DNA of 36,538 nucleotides from an uncultured Anaerolineaceae bacterium (GTDB lineage Bacteria > Chloroflexota > Dehalococcoidia > Tepidiformales > Tepidiformaceae). Positions within the stretch are counted from its first letter, which is position 1. Each line of letters opens with the position of its first letter. Of the stretch, positions 18,438-26,546 are shown one piece after another. The stretch lies in NCBI GenBank assembly GCA_964343095.1, contig CAYFHW010000001.1:1-36538 (forward strand), written 5' to 3'. Both the position numbers and the translations under genes were made by a program. The notes under the pieces are model-generated. The model was not told the origin of the DNA. It saw only the letters and a program-made list of their open reading frames with translations, and ran no database searches.

Positions 18438-19886
18438 TTAATCAAGAGTCAAAAAATATTCGCTAATCGCTTCAGCTGCACGCCTTCCATCCGCAAGAGC
18501 TGTAACTACAAGATCTGCACCATTTACGTTATCACCACCAGCAAAGACTCCTTTACGAGAGGTCCGACCTGAACCATCTATCTCAATCAAATCCTTGCCT
18601 GTAGCATTTAGCCCCTCCGTAGTTTTCGGAACAACTGGATCAGCTCCATATCCAATAGCAATCGCTACTGTATCAGCCTCAATAACAAACTCACTACCTT
18701 CGATCGGGACAGGTCTGCGTCTCCCTGAATCATCTGGCTCACCCAACTCCATTCGTTGGCACTCCACACCTGTAACCTGACCACTTTCGTCTCCTATTAT
18801 TCGCAATGGTGCAGTCAACATATCAAAATTAACGCCTTCTTCCCGGGCATTAATTCTTTCTTCTGCACGACCAAGCATCTCAGCTTCTGTACGGCGGTAA
18901 ACACAAGTAACATTCTCAGCCCCCAAACGCATTGCGGTACGTACACAGTCCATCGAGGTATCACCACCACCTATAACAGCAACGTTCCGCGGTTTTGCAA
19001 GGACATCGCGTAAATTCTCAGGTAACTGATCAAGCTCCAAATTCCCTCGCACAAGAAAATCAGTTGCTCGATGAACACCAGTAAGATTTTCACCTTCGAT
19101 ACCTAACTCATTACCAACCCCAGCTCCCGTCCCGAGAAAAACAGCATCGAACTCACCATCAAGCATTTCATCAACGGTAATGTCACGACCAACATAAACT
19201 CCACACTTGAACGTAATCCCTAAGCTCTCCAGATATTCAATGTACTCATCTACGATCTGTTTACGCATCTTGAAATTTGGTATTCCATAAACTAAAACAC
19301 CACCAGGTTCAGGCCAAAACTCAAAAACAGTGCAAGAGTGACCATCTAAAGCTAGTATCTCTGCAACCGCTAGACCCGCAGGACCAGAACCAATAATGCC
19401 AATACTTCTTCCAGTTGAAGCTACAGAATACTTGGGGCGCGGATACCCATTCAATTCTCGCCTCTGAAAATCTGTACAGAAAGATTCAAGCTTTCCAATT
19501 GTCACCGCAGGTTCAGCATGACCATCAGGGCGTATTGCAAAACCTACAACACATGAGCCCTCGCAAAGGCTCTCTTGGGGACAAAGCCTGCCACACATTT
19601 CAGGAAGATTTGATGTTTCTCGAAATTTTTCCGCAGCTCCAAGAATATCGCCCTCTTCAATCAATGCAAAGGCCCCAGGGATATCATTACTTACTGGGCA
19701 TGCCTCCTGGCAAGGAGCAGAGGGGCACTGAATACATCTCTGAGCTTCAATTTTCGCCGCATTTAAATCAAAACCAAGATACGTCTCATCCCAGTTTTGA
19801 ATGCGATCACCCGCTTCCTGCTTGGGAACTTTTTGCACCCCAATATCAAGTTTACGGTGTACTAAATGTGTCTGTTGCTGGCTCAT
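18438..19886 (-). CDS. Glutamate synthase small-subunit-like (GltD/NfnB/SudA type) NAD(P)H-dependent Fe-S flavoprotein
   Basis: It has N-terminal Fe-S Cys clusters (CIQCPSAPCQEACPV and GRLCPQESLCEGSC), two dinucleotide folds (IGIIGSGPAGLA and VAVIGGGDTSMD) and a C-terminal GVFAGGD. Confidence 0.85.
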   Translation of the reverse strand: MSQQQTHLVHRKLDIGVQKVPKQEAGDRIQNWDETYLGFDLNAAKIEAQRCIQCPSAPCQEACPVSNDIPGAFALIEEGDILGAAEKFRETSNLPEMCGRLCPQESLCEGSCVVGFAIRPDGHAEPAVTIGKLESFCTDFQRRELNGYPRPKYSVASTGRSIGIIGSGPAGLAVAEILALDGHSCTVFEFWPEPGGVLVYGIPNFKMRKQIVDEYIEYLESLGITFKCGVYVGRDITVDEMLDGEFDAVFLGTGAGVGNELGIEGENLTGVHRATDFLVRGNLELDQLPENLRDVLAKPRNVAVIGGGDTSMDCVRTAMRLGAENVTCVYRRTEAEMLGRAEERINAREEGVNFDMLTAPLRIIGDESGQVTGVECQRMELGEPDDSGRRRPVPIEGSEFVIEADTVAIAIGYGADPVVPKTTEGLNATGKDLIEIDGSGRTSRKGVFAGGDNVNGADLVVTALADGRRAAEAISEYFLTLD

Positions 19887-19960
19887 ATTAACCTTCTAAG
19901 TTTAACGCAAGGAATGATTTTATTGTTGAAGGCCTCTTATTTCTAGCATATTTAGAAAAA

Positions 19961-19980
19961 ATTTTAACTATTTTAACTAT
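19961..19980. repeat. Tandem 9-mer (ATTTTAACT x2.2) in the intergenic region upstream of the gltD-like gene
   Basis: Direct reading gives attttaact attttaact at. It lies about 75-95 nt upstream of the minus-strand ATG at 19886. Confidence 0.4.
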
Positions 19981-20004
19981 ATAAAAAGCTTTTTTTGGAA
20001 AAAA

Positions 20005-21003
20005 TTATGATATTTCATATTTCGGAGGAACTTTCCATACATCACTTGGGGGGGACTCCTGAGCACGTATTTGGGCTTTTAAACGAGCAGTTTTAAAACG
20101 TTCTGCCTGACGAATTATCCGTTCATGTTCTTTATCTTTTGCACTGACCTGTTGTTTCGACCTAGTCTTTTTCGGGATACCAGATATTTCATTAATTAGT
20201 CCGATATTTTTCAGCTGCTCCAAATGACTTTGTACATTGCTATCGGCTGCACGACGTAACCTAGTATCAATCTGTGGATATATTTCAAGCATTATTTCCC
20301 ATGAAGTGACCTGGGAATTTTTCTTTAATACATCTATTATTTGCTCCTCTCGCTGGTTACGATGAGCAATGTACTCAGTTAAACGTTCTCGAGGTTCTTC
20401 TATTAAGGGGCCATGACCTGGACAAATCACCTTTAAATTAGGTAACCCGACAAGATACTTAAGACTTTCACGATACTCAGCTAAATTTTGGACAGTCGTT
20501 GTCGTGCTTCCCAAAATTGTATCACCAGTAAACAAAACACCCTCAGACTCAAGATAAAAGCAAATAGAATCAACGGAATGCCCTGGTGTTTGCAATACAG
20601 TAACTTTTACGCCTTTTCCAAGATCAATATTCTCCCCATCTTGAATCTTTTTTACGCCACGTGCAGGAAGTTTACCTTTGAGCAGGGAACGAGCATTGTG
20701 AGGGATTAAGATCTCAGCGTCGTAAAATTCTCGAATCCATTTTAGATTTCCCGAATGGTCGGAATGATGATGCGTAATCGCAGCAAGTGCAATTTCAGTT
20801 TTCTCAATGGCTGCAAGATATCCCTTCAACATCCATCTATATTTCTCAAGCATCTCTCCGGAATCAATTGTTAATGACTGATCACCTCCAATATAGAAGA
20901 TATTTGTAAAAACTGGAGTCATCGGATTATCTTCAGGAACTTGAAGCGCTCGCACACTCTTTGAAACTCGCATACTACTACCTAAATCATTTAATCTGAA
21001 CAC
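20005..21003 (-). CDS. MBL-fold metallo-hydrolase with C-terminal winged-helix and basic tail
   Basis: It has the HHHSDH (HxHxDH) motif plus later TPGHSVDS and CPGHG metal ligands. The C-terminal extension is Lys/Arg-rich. Confidence 0.85.
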   Translation of the reverse strand: MFRLNDLGSSMRVSKSVRALQVPEDNPMTPVFTNIFYIGGDQSLTIDSGEMLEKYRWMLKGYLAAIEKTEIALAAITHHHSDHSGNLKWIREFYDAEILIPHNARSLLKGKLPARGVKKIQDGENIDLGKGVKVTVLQTPGHSVDSICFYLESEGVLFTGDTILGSTTTTVQNLAEYRESLKYLVGLPNLKVICPGHGPLIEEPRERLTEYIAHRNQREEQIIDVLKKNSQVTSWEIMLEIYPQIDTRLRRAADSNVQSHLEQLKNIGLINEISGIPKKTRSKQQVSAKDKEHERIIRQAERFKTARLKAQIRAQESPPSDVWKVPPKYEIS

Positions 21004-21047
21004 TAGTTTAGTAGTTGAGCCGTTCGAGAGGTAGAATTACATCATTG

Positions 21048-21121
<74 letters not shown>

Positions 21122-21186
21122 AAAAGTAGGAATTTACGAAAAAACTAACTTTTACTACAAATAACTGGGGCTTGGAGCTAACGACG

Positions 21187-21195
21187 TGGTATGAT
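21187..21195 (+). promoter_or_regulatory. Possible extended -10 promoter element (TGgTATGAT) for the ino1 operon
   Basis: TGGTATGAT lies about 67 nt upstream of the ino1 TTG start, in the 140-nt gap after tRNA-Arg. No well-spaced -35 element was found. This call rests on sequence pattern only. Confidence 0.25.
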
Positions 21196-21261
21196 CCGTT
21201 CGCACTTAAAGGATTCAAAACTACGAAGAACTTTAAGTGACAGGTACTAGGCAGGTCAGAT

Positions 21262-22338
21262 TTGAGTTCAATCAACGTTGCTATTATTGGTGTAGGAAAC
21301 TGTGCTTCCTCTCTAGTTCAGGGCTTAGAGTTTTACAAAGGTGTGGAAGCTAGTGAGGAGATCCCTGGGCTCATGCACCCCGTACTAGGGGATTACCACA
21401 TTAGAGACATTAATGTCGCAGTTGCTATTGATGTAGACAAAGATAAAGTAGGGAAAGATCTCTCGCAGGCAGTTTTCGCTGGGCAGAATAATACTCAACG
21501 ATTCACCGACGTTCCCCATGCAGGCGTCGAAGTTGCACGTGGAATGACACATGATGGACTAGGCCAGTACTTAAGCGACGTTATAGAGAAAGCACCTGGC
21601 GGAACTGCAGATATCGTCCGCCTCCTGAGAGATAACAAAATAGACGTTGTAATTAATTACCTGCCAGTTGGATCGGAAGAAGCGACAAAATGGTATGTCG
21701 AGCAAGCACTTCAAGCTGGTTGCGCATTCATAAATTGTATTCCCGTCTTCATTGCACGAGATGAGAATGGATATTGGCCTAAGAGATTCGAGGAAGAAGG
21801 TTTACCAATCATTGGCGATGACATTAAAAGCCAAGTTGGTGCGACGATCGTTCATCGTACACTCGCAAGGCTTTTTGAAGATCGGGGTGTTCAGCTTGAT
21901 CGAACCTATCAGCTAAATTTTGGTGGCAACACTGACTTTATGAATATGCTTGAGCGTTCGCGCTTAGAATCAAAAAAGATATCTAAGACGTCCGCAGTTA
22001 CCAGCCAGTTAGAGCACGAACTACCGGCTACAGACGTACATGTGGGCCCTAGTGACTACGTCCCGTGGCTCGAAGATAGAAAGTGGTGCCATATTCGTAT
22101 GGAAGGAACTACCTTTGGCAATGTGCCCTTGAACCTGGAATTGAAGTTAGAGGTTTGGGACAGTCCAAATAGTGCTGGAGTTGTTATTGATGCAATACGC
22201 TGTGCAAAACTCGGACTTGATCGTGGCCTCAAAGGCCCTCTATTAGCACCAAGTGCTTATTTTATGAAATCACCCCCAGTCCAATACTATGATGATCAAG
22301 CGCGAGATATGGTGGAAGAGTTTATTGTCGAAGGATAA
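21262..22338 (+). CDS. ino1: myo-Inositol-1-phosphate (inositol-3-phosphate) synthase, bacterial/archaeal type
   Basis: The start codon is TTG. There are strong matches to the mycobacterial/archaeal Ino1 blocks as I recall them: [88 protein letters not shown]. Confidence 0.9.
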   Translation: MSSINVAIIGVGNCASSLVQGLEFYKGVEASEEIPGLMHPVLGDYHIRDINVAVAIDVDKDKVGKDLSQAVFAGQNNTQRFTDVPHAGVEVARGMTHDGLGQYLSDVIEKAPGGTADIVRLLRDNKIDVVINYLPVGSEEATKWYVEQALQAGCAFINCIPVFIARDENGYWPKRFEEEGLPIIGDDIKSQVGATIVHRTLARLFEDRGVQLDRTYQLNFGGNTDFMNMLERSRLESKKISKTSAVTSQLEHELPATDVHVGPSDYVPWLEDRKWCHIRMEGTTFGNVPLNLELKLEVWDSPNSAGVVIDAIRCAKLGLDRGLKGPLLAPSAYFMKSPPVQYYDDQARDMVEEFIVEG

Positions 22339-23217
22339 ATGCAACACTGGCTCTGGCTAATAGGTACGCACCTAATACACCGTTTACCGGTTCAATTTCT
22401 CTATAAAGTAGCCAGACTCATTGGGAAGATTGTTTTTGTATTTTGGATCCGAGGGCGCCAAAATATGCTCGCAAACTATGCACACGTACTGCCTGAACTT
22501 AAAGAGTCTGAACGGCGAACAATAGCGCGAAAATCGCTCGAGAATTATTACTGTTACGTAGTAGATTTTGCGCGCTTGCCGAATCTTTCACCTGAATTAA
22601 TAGAATCAATACTTGTAAAAGATGAGCACTTTGAAGCACTCGACCATGCACTTGAAAAAGGGCGTGGCGTAATAGTAGTTTGCATGCATTTTGGTAATTG
22701 GGATTTGGGTGCAAGTAGCGCAGCGCTAAAAGGCTACCCCATATCAGTTATGGCTGAAACATTTTCTGACAAGAACCTTGACAAGATGATCGTAGGTGCA
22801 CGGGAAAAATTGGGCCTTAAAGTTATAAAAATTGAAAGCGCAGCCCCTTCAATAATTCGAGACCTCCGCAAAAATAGACTTCTAGCGATTTTGCTTGATA
22901 GACCAATGCAAGATGGTGAGGGTGTTCACGTAGAATTTTTTGGCAAAGATGCCATAGTGCCAGCAGGACCTGCAAGACTTGCTTTAAGAACAGGGGCTGC
23001 CGTTGCGCCAGTCGCTTTCCCAAAACTTCAAACAAATGGTTTAGGAATTTCCGCTCTTACGGCTTTCGACGTAAACGTGGGGCAAGAATCCGGAGAAAAC
23101 GATGAGGATGCGGTACAACGACTAACTCAAGCAATTATGAACGAACATGAAAAATTCATTCGTCTTCACCCAACCCAGTGGTACATGTTTCGTCGGTTTT
23201 GGCCTACAGACCAATGA
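22339..23217 (+). CDS. HtrB/LpxL-family lipid acyltransferase (PatA-like PIM acyltransferase candidate)
   Basis: 292 aa with an N-terminal membrane-associating helix, the HFGNWD (Hx4D) catalytic motif and the family C-terminus HPTQWYMFRRFW. The start directly abuts the ino1 stop. Confidence 0.8.
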   Translation: MQHWLWLIGTHLIHRLPVQFLYKVARLIGKIVFVFWIRGRQNMLANYAHVLPELKESERRTIARKSLENYYCYVVDFARLPNLSPELIESILVKDEHFEALDHALEKGRGVIVVCMHFGNWDLGASSAALKGYPISVMAETFSDKNLDKMIVGAREKLGLKVIKIESAAPSIIRDLRKNRLLAILLDRPMQDGEGVHVEFFGKDAIVPAGPARLALRTGAAVAPVAFPKLQTNGLGISALTAFDVNVGQESGENDEDAVQRLTQAIMNEHEKFIRLHPTQWYMFRRFWPTDQ

Positions 23218-24083
23218 TAAAACTACGGCTTTTTCAGATTTTCTTTCCCATCGCAGGGCGTTTGCCGATACTGTTTTATGCTTTGGCTTGGTTTATTAGC
23301 TTACTCATTTGGTGGCTCACCCCACAACTTCGCAAACGGATAAAGCAAAATTTATCTCCCATATACGAAACAGCACTAACAAAACCACGCAAAAGCGGCA
23401 GTGAAGTGATAAGAAATGTAGTTAATTACTATGTAGATCTAGCGGCTATGCCCTATCGAGATTTTGAAAAGTTTAACCGAACTAGCGTTACATATGCAGA
23501 TGACTCTGCATTCAATTTTCAACAAGTTGTTGAGGCCAAATCTGCAATCATTATGAGTGGTCACATAGGGAATCCAGAAATCGCACTAACTGCCCTACAC
23601 AACGCAGGACGGGAGTGGTTAGAAATCGTTGAACCTTTATCTGAACCAATGGACGAATTCCTTTCAGGAATCAGGAGCCATACGGGTGCACGCGTTGCAA
23701 CAAATAGTTTGAAAGGTGCCCGAACAGCACTCAAGGAACTGAGAAACGGTGGTATCGTTGCCATTGTGGCTGACCGAAACATGACAGAAAAAGGAGTTTG
23801 CGTTTCAGTATTCAATAAATACATCAACTTACCCGCAGGACCCTGGCAACTTGCCAGGGAAAGTAGAGCTACAGTCTTTCCGACCTTCTGTCATAGAGGA
23901 AAATGGGGGAGCACCAAAATCTTTTTCAACGAACCCTTAAAGATTCCCTACACTTCGAATAAAGATGAAGATATCAAAATCGCAGCCCAAGCATGGGCAA
24001 CTATTTGGGCTTCACATTTAAAAACACAACCGACACAATGGACAGTACTAGAAAACTTTTGGGAGAATCACCGCTGTGGGTAA
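23214..24083 (+). CDS. Second HtrB/LpxL-family acyltransferase paralog
   Basis: It has an HIGNPE (Hx4E) motif and a C-terminal QPTQWTVLENFW. I place the start at ATG 23214, which forms an ATGA overlap with the upstream stop, rather than at the track start 23178. Confidence 0.75.
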   Translation: MIKLRLFQIFFPIAGRLPILFYALAWFISLLIWWLTPQLRKRIKQNLSPIYETALTKPRKSGSEVIRNVVNYYVDLAAMPYRDFEKFNRTSVTYADDSAFNFQQVVEAKSAIIMSGHIGNPEIALTALHNAGREWLEIVEPLSEPMDEFLSGIRSHTGARVATNSLKGARTALKELRNGGIVAIVADRNMTEKGVCVSVFNKYINLPAGPWQLARESRATVFPTFCHRGKWGSTKIFFNEPLKIPYTSNKDEDIKIAAQAWATIWASHLKTQPTQWTVLENFWENHRCG

Positions 24084-24813
24084 AGCTGATTTACATCTGC
24101 ACACAAACCTTTCAGATGGAATGGCTTCCGTAGAAAGTTTGCTCTCATATGTCCAGAACGAGACAGAACTAGATGTGATTGGGATAACAGATCATGAGGA
24201 TGTGAGGGGAGGACTGTTAGCTCAAGAATTGGCAGCAAAACACAATTATCGTTTTGAAGTAGTACCAGGCGCTGAAGTTACAACCCGCCAAGGCCATCTT
24301 TTAGCTTTATTCATTGAGCAAACTCCAAAAATATTTCAGACCCTAGAACAAACCATAGAGAGTATCCACAAGCAAGAAGGCCTAGCAATTGCTCCACACC
24401 CCTTAAGTTGGCTAACTCGATCTCTGGGAAAAAAAAGCATTGATGGAATTATGCGCCGGGGTGAAGACGGCATTATGTTGGATGGAATAGAAACAGCTAA
24501 TGCAAGCATTGCAGGACAAATAACAGCCAAAAAGGTTCGCTTTTTAAATGAGGAAATTTGGAAACTTCCTGAATTAGGTGCCAGCGATGGCCACCATTTG
24601 GTACAAGTAGGATCAGGCTGGACAAGTTTTGAAGGGACCACATCGCAGTCTTTAAAGGAAGCTTTGAAGCTGAAAAAAACTTCTGCGCATGAAGGAAGGA
24701 ATCCTTCTCTTAAAGAAATAGGGTATTCACAGATCGCCCTTGGCTTACTCTGGGGATTTTCAGCAACTCCAAGGCAAGTGGTTCGCCGCATAAGGGGGGA
24801 GAATATCCAATGA
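24076..24813 (+). CDS. PHP-domain metal-dependent phosphoesterase
   Basis: It has the PHP motifs ADLHLHTNLSDG, IGITDHED, PGAEV, IAPHP and GASDGHH. The GTG start overlaps the upstream gene by 8 nt, and the stop overlaps the next ATG (ATGA). Confidence 0.8.
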   Translation: MGKADLHLHTNLSDGMASVESLLSYVQNETELDVIGITDHEDVRGGLLAQELAAKHNYRFEVVPGAEVTTRQGHLLALFIEQTPKIFQTLEQTIESIHKQEGLAIAPHPLSWLTRSLGKKSIDGIMRRGEDGIMLDGIETANASIAGQITAKKVRFLNEEIWKLPELGASDGHHLVQVGSGWTSFEGTTSQSLKEALKLKKTSAHEGRNPSLKEIGYSQIALGLLWGFSATPRQVVRRIRGENIQ

Positions 24814-25952
24814 AAATCGCTTTAGTTTCGCCTTATGACTGGTGTGTGCGAGGGGGAGTAAACGCACATATTTCCCAGCTCGCAGATCAATTTAGAGAAT
24901 GGAACCATCAAGTCACAATTATTGCACCAGCCTCTGACAAAAAAGCTGCCGCACAGGAATGTGTTGTGATGGGGGAACCTATAGCACTGCCAGTCAGTGG
25001 ATCAATGGCAAGGATTACTTTTACCTGGCAGCCCAAAGTCATCAAAAAACTGCTTGAGGATGGGCAATTCGACATAGTTCATCTACACGAACCCCTAATG
25101 CCCTTGCTCACTTATCAAGTACTAAGATATTCACGCGCAATTAATGTTGGAACTTTTCATGCAGCGAAAGAGGGTGGGAACCGATTCTATGGGTATACAA
25201 AGCCTCTCACAAAACGGTGGTTTCGAAAATTGGATGGGAAAATTGCTGTTTCCCCAACCGCGTCTCAACTTGTCAGCAGGTACTTCGCTGGATACTTCAA
25301 CATTATTCCAAATGGGATTGCGTACGATCATTTTAGTAAAAAGCACGAACCTTTCCCAGAATTCATGGACGGGAAATTAAACCTTCTCTTTGTCGGGAGA
25401 CCTGAAAAACGCAAAGGACTTCAATATCTATTACGTTCCTATTTACAACTACGGGAACAAAGTGAAAATATTCGTCTTATTGTCGTTGGTGCAGGAAGTT
25501 TTAAACGATATGAACGATTAATGGAACACCGTGGAGCTAATGTTATTTTCCGTTCTAACGTTCCTTACTCTGAACTCCCCCGCTATCACGCCAGCGCAGA
25601 CATTTTTTGCTCACCTGCTACAGGAAATGAAAGCCAAGGAATCGCGATTTTAGAAGCTATGGCAGCTGGTGTACCCGTTATTGCGAGCAATATCGATGGC
25701 TTTGCAGGCGTCATAACGGATGAAGTTGATGGACTACTTGTGCAGCCAAAAAGTGAACAAGCAATCACGGATGCGGTCCTCAGGCTGAAGAACAACCCTT
25801 CACTACGCAATGAACTTGGCCAACATGGTCAACTGCAATCACGAAGCTACTCTTGGGAAAGTGTGGCACGTAAAGTGATTGCCTACTACGAACGCCTACA
25901 ATATGAAAGACAACAGTTTAATAGCATCCGAAATACCAACCTTGATAGTTAG
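24810..25952 (+). CDS. GT4 glycosyltransferase, PimA-like (phosphatidylinositol alpha-mannosyltransferase candidate)
   Basis: It has a GT-B/GT4 layout: MKIALVSPYDW...GGVNAHI at the N-terminus and E-x7-E region ESQGIAILEAMAAGVPVIASNIDGF. It sits in an operon with a PIP synthase and an acyltransferase, as in actinobacterial pgsA1-patA-pimA. Confidence 0.8.
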   Translation: MKIALVSPYDWCVRGGVNAHISQLADQFREWNHQVTIIAPASDKKAAAQECVVMGEPIALPVSGSMARITFTWQPKVIKKLLEDGQFDIVHLHEPLMPLLTYQVLRYSRAINVGTFHAAKEGGNRFYGYTKPLTKRWFRKLDGKIAVSPTASQLVSRYFAGYFNIIPNGIAYDHFSKKHEPFPEFMDGKLNLLFVGRPEKRKGLQYLLRSYLQLREQSENIRLIVVGAGSFKRYERLMEHRGANVIFRSNVPYSELPRYHASADIFCSPATGNESQGIAILEAMAAGVPVIASNIDGFAGVITDEVDGLLVQPKSEQAITDAVLRLKNNPSLRNELGQHGQLQSRSYSWESVARKVIAYYERLQYERQQFNSIRNTNLDS

Positions 25953-25958
25953 GGCCTA

Positions 25959-26546
25959 ATGCCAATTCAAATTCTGCCCAAAAAACTACCACAAAACATT
26001 GCGAATCTTATCGGCAATTTTGGAGTAAAACTTGGCCTCGAACCAAATGCTATTACAACTTTCGGTCTTGTAGGGGCAATTAGCTCGGCATGGCTTGTAG
26101 GAGCAAACTTTTTGCTAACTGCAGGAATTTTATATCTATTTTTTAGTGCACTAGATTTCGTTGATGGTGCAGTAGCCCGTGCATCAGGAAAAACCTCTTC
26201 CTTTGGCGCAGTTTTAGATGCAGTGTTCGATAGAGCAGGTGAAACAATAATGCTGACCGGCTGTGCTTGGTATTTTGCTGACCGTACTGAAGGATGGCAG
26301 TCAATAGTAGCAGTAGTAGCAATTTTTGGCAGTGTAGCAGTCAGTCTTGTGAAATCAGAAGGTGAACGACAAGGAATTGCAGTTTCGGAAGGGTTCTTCC
26401 GGCGTCAAGAAAGAGTATTAATTTTGGGAATTGGACTCATCGCGAACGGACTAACAATTGCTATAGTTATTCTTGCCGTACTCTCAAATCTAACAGCTTT
26501 ACAGAGGCTAGTACTATTTGTGAAACGTAAAAAATCAGGACGCTAA
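25959..26546 (+). CDS. CDP-alcohol phosphatidyltransferase, phosphatidylinositol-phosphate synthase type
   Basis: It carries the exact CDP-alcohol motif D-x2-DG-x2-AR-x8-G-x3-D-x3-D, read as DFVDGAVARASGKTSSFGAVLDAVFD. It has about 6 TM spans and is co-operonic with ino1. Confidence 0.85.
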   Translation: MPIQILPKKLPQNIANLIGNFGVKLGLEPNAITTFGLVGAISSAWLVGANFLLTAGILYLFFSALDFVDGAVARASGKTSSFGAVLDAVFDRAGETIMLTGCAWYFADRTEGWQSIVAVVAIFGSVAVSLVKSEGERQGIAVSEGFFRRQERVLILGIGLIANGLTIAIVILAVLSNLTALQRLVLFVKRKKSGR

